From: Candidatus Eiseniibacteriota bacterium
GTDB lineage: Bacteria; Eisenbacteria; RBG-16-71-46
Direction: 5' to 3'
NCBI GenBank assembly: GCA_963725865.1
Contig: CAVSAC010000012.1
Location: forward strand, 1,248,001-1,312,000
DNA length: 64,000 nt
The translations under genes were made by a program, and so were the position numbers. Position 1 is the stretch's first letter. Every line of letters starts with the position of its first letter. Shown here in pieces: positions 62,410 through 64,000 of this stretch. The notes beneath the pieces were generated by a model, which saw only the letters and a program-made list of their open reading frames with translations, was not told the origin of the DNA and searched no databases.

Positions 62410-64000
62410 ATGACTCGCCTCCACTGCATCCTTCTCCTCCTTCTGGCGGCAATCGCCCTCCCGGCGCCCGGCCTGGCGTCTCGCTCCGCCTGGCCGTCGA
62501 TGCAGCACAGGGCACTGACCGAGTGGGCCGACTCACTTTTCTACCGTGGTCGCGGCCTGGGGTACGCCTACCTCGACTCGCTGATCGCGGCGGCCCGCGC
62601 GCGAGGCGATCTCGATCTCGAGATGGTGGCAACGATCCGCAAGGCGGGCGCCCAGGTCTGGATCAGTGGCGACTTCGATACGGCGAGGACCCAGTCGCGC
62701 CGCTGGTTGTCGCGGGCTCGCGCCACCGGCGACACTCTCAGCTGGTGCCGGGCGCTGCGGAATATCGGGGTCGCGGAACTCTTCCAGCAACATTGGCCGG
62801 AAGCGCGGCGGTGCTACACGGAGCTCCTGCGTCTTGCGCGTCGGGCGCACCTCTCGGCCATGGAAGGCTACGCGCAACTCGGCGTTTCGTTCCTGGCCAT
62901 CCAGGACGGCGACGCGGTGGTCGCGGAGCGCGGCTATCGCCGGGCGATGCGGCTGCTCCCTGGCAGTGATGGGCCGGCGCTCCACACGGCGCGCGCAGGC
63001 CTGGCCAACGCCCTCTACCAACAGGTCAAGCCAGACGCCGCGCGGAGCGAATACGAGCGCGTCCTCGCCGACTCGCGCGCCAGCGGTGACCGGAGAAACG
63101 AGCTGGCCGCGCTCAACGATCTCGGCGCAATCGAATACCAGTATGGCGACCCGGGGCTCGCTGTCCGCTACTACCGGGAGGCTGCCGAGGGCCAGCGGAG
63201 ATTGGGCAATGTGCTTTACGCGCGCACCGCTTCCCGGAACATGGGCCTTTGCCTGGAAGTGCTCGGGCACTCGGAGGAAGCCTGCGCGGTTTTCGACAGC
63301 CTGGCCTCGCTTTCGCTCCAGGATCGAAACGTCGATCAGGCGGCGAATCTGCTCGGGGATCTGGCGAGAGCGCGACGCACCCAGGGACGCCTTGTAGAAG
63401 CGGAAGCCGCCGCGAGGCGGGTCGTGGCGGCGCGGGACTCCATCTCGATGGATGCCCGGGCCGCCGGAGTGGTCGAACTCGCCGAAGTCCTGCTTGCCCG
63501 TGGCCGCCCCGAAGCCGCTCGGCGCCAGCTCAGGGAGGTGACCGCATCCCTCCCACCCGAGCGGCTCGCGACGCAGAATGGAGCCAGGCTGCTCGAGAAA
63601 CTCGGAGAGTGCGAGATCGCGTGTGGCGACTGTCGCGGCGGCGGTGGCGCCCCTGCGGCAGTCCTCCGAGCTCCTGCGTGGCGTGCGTGGAGTGGTCGGG
63701 GTCGCGTTCGTCCGCGTGGAAGCTTCGCTGGCCCGCGCCTTCGTCGACCTCGGGAAACGGGACAGCGCGCTCGTCCACTTTCGGTCGGCGGCTGCCGCCT
63801 GGGAGCGCGGGCGAGCCGCGCCGAGCGACCCGGCCTGGCGCGAGGCGATGTCCGGGGGCATCGCGCTCCTGTACGGCCGGTTCGCATCGCTGCTTCTCGA
63901 TCCGTCGAGTGGCGGCACCGAGTCGCAGCGGGTCGCGAATGCGTTCATGGTTCTGCAGCCGTTCCGATCCCGCACGCTCGAGGACGCGCTGCGCGGCGCC
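62410..64000 (+). CDS. Signal-peptide TPR protein of CHAT-protein type, +1 frameshift near 63631, runs off window
   Basis: Not in ORF track; MTRLHCILLLLLAAIALP, TPR helices (ALNDLGAIEY, SRNMGLCL); shifted frame gives AFMVLQPFRSRTL. Confidence 0.75.
   Translation, partial: MTRLHCILLLLLAAIALPAPGLASRSAWPSMQHRALTEWADSLFYRGRGLGYAYLDSLIAAARARGDLDLEMVATIRKAGAQVWISGDFDTARTQSRRWLSRARATGDTLSWCRALRNIGVAELFQQHWPEARRCYTELLRLARRAHLSAMEGYAQLGVSFLAIQDGDAVVAERGYRRAMRLLPGSDGPALHTARAGLANALYQQVKPDAARSEYERVLADSRASGDRRNELAALNDLGAIEYQYGDPGLAVRYYREAAEGQRRLGNVLYARTASRNMGLCLEVLGHSEEACAVFDSLASLSLQDRNVDQAANLLGDLARARRTQGRLVEAEAAARRVVAARDSISMDARAAGVVELAEVLLARGRPEAARRQLREVTASLPPERLATQNGARLLEKLGECEIACGDCRGGGGAPAAVLRAPAWRAWSGRGRVRPRGSFAGPRLRRPRETGQRARPLSVGGCRLGARASRAERPGLARGDVRGHRAPVRPVRIAASRSVEWRHRVAAGRECVHGSAAVPIPHARGRAARR

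Overview
High-GC bacterial chromosome segment. Secreted proteins ending in FlgD-type Ig domains suggest a lineage such as Ca. Eisenbacteria, but this is inference only. The left ~39 kb is core-like. It holds tRNA-Val-thrS, four outer-membrane barrel genes inserted between thrS and infC, and infC(ATT start)-rpmI-rplT-pheS-pheT-zapB-like-zapA with an L20-leader-like RNA. It also holds aroF behind an unannotated Tyr/Trp leader-peptide attenuator, aroC, msrB, an RND/TolC efflux cluster with a divergent two-component system, ampG, a degenerate GGDEF protein, chrA, a fluoride riboswitch-crcB-2xDUF190 operon and a DEAD-box helicase. The right ~24 kb is an integration hotspot at tRNA-Arg(CCT). The 39-nt 5' half of this tRNA, ending exactly at the anticodon loop, is repeated at 52970-53008 and 61587-61625, so two tandem islands lie UPSTREAM of the tRNA and replace its 5' half and promoter. 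Each orphan half has its own sigma70-like promoter and an att-arm architecture (paired direct repeats, 10-bp-phased TGTCC repeats, hairpin). Island 1 carries an N-terminally truncated tyrosine integrase, gene debris, a PD40-repeat protein and an 11-gene arsenic/metal cluster including an ArsD-CMD fusion. Island 2 has no integrase and carries TetR with twin operators, a small membrane ORF, ClC-CBS and a LolA-like/ABC/OM-barrel module. The window ends in a frameshifted, signal-peptide-bearing TPR protein of the type that usually precedes a CHAT domain. All family calls come from motif recognition by eye; no searches were run.
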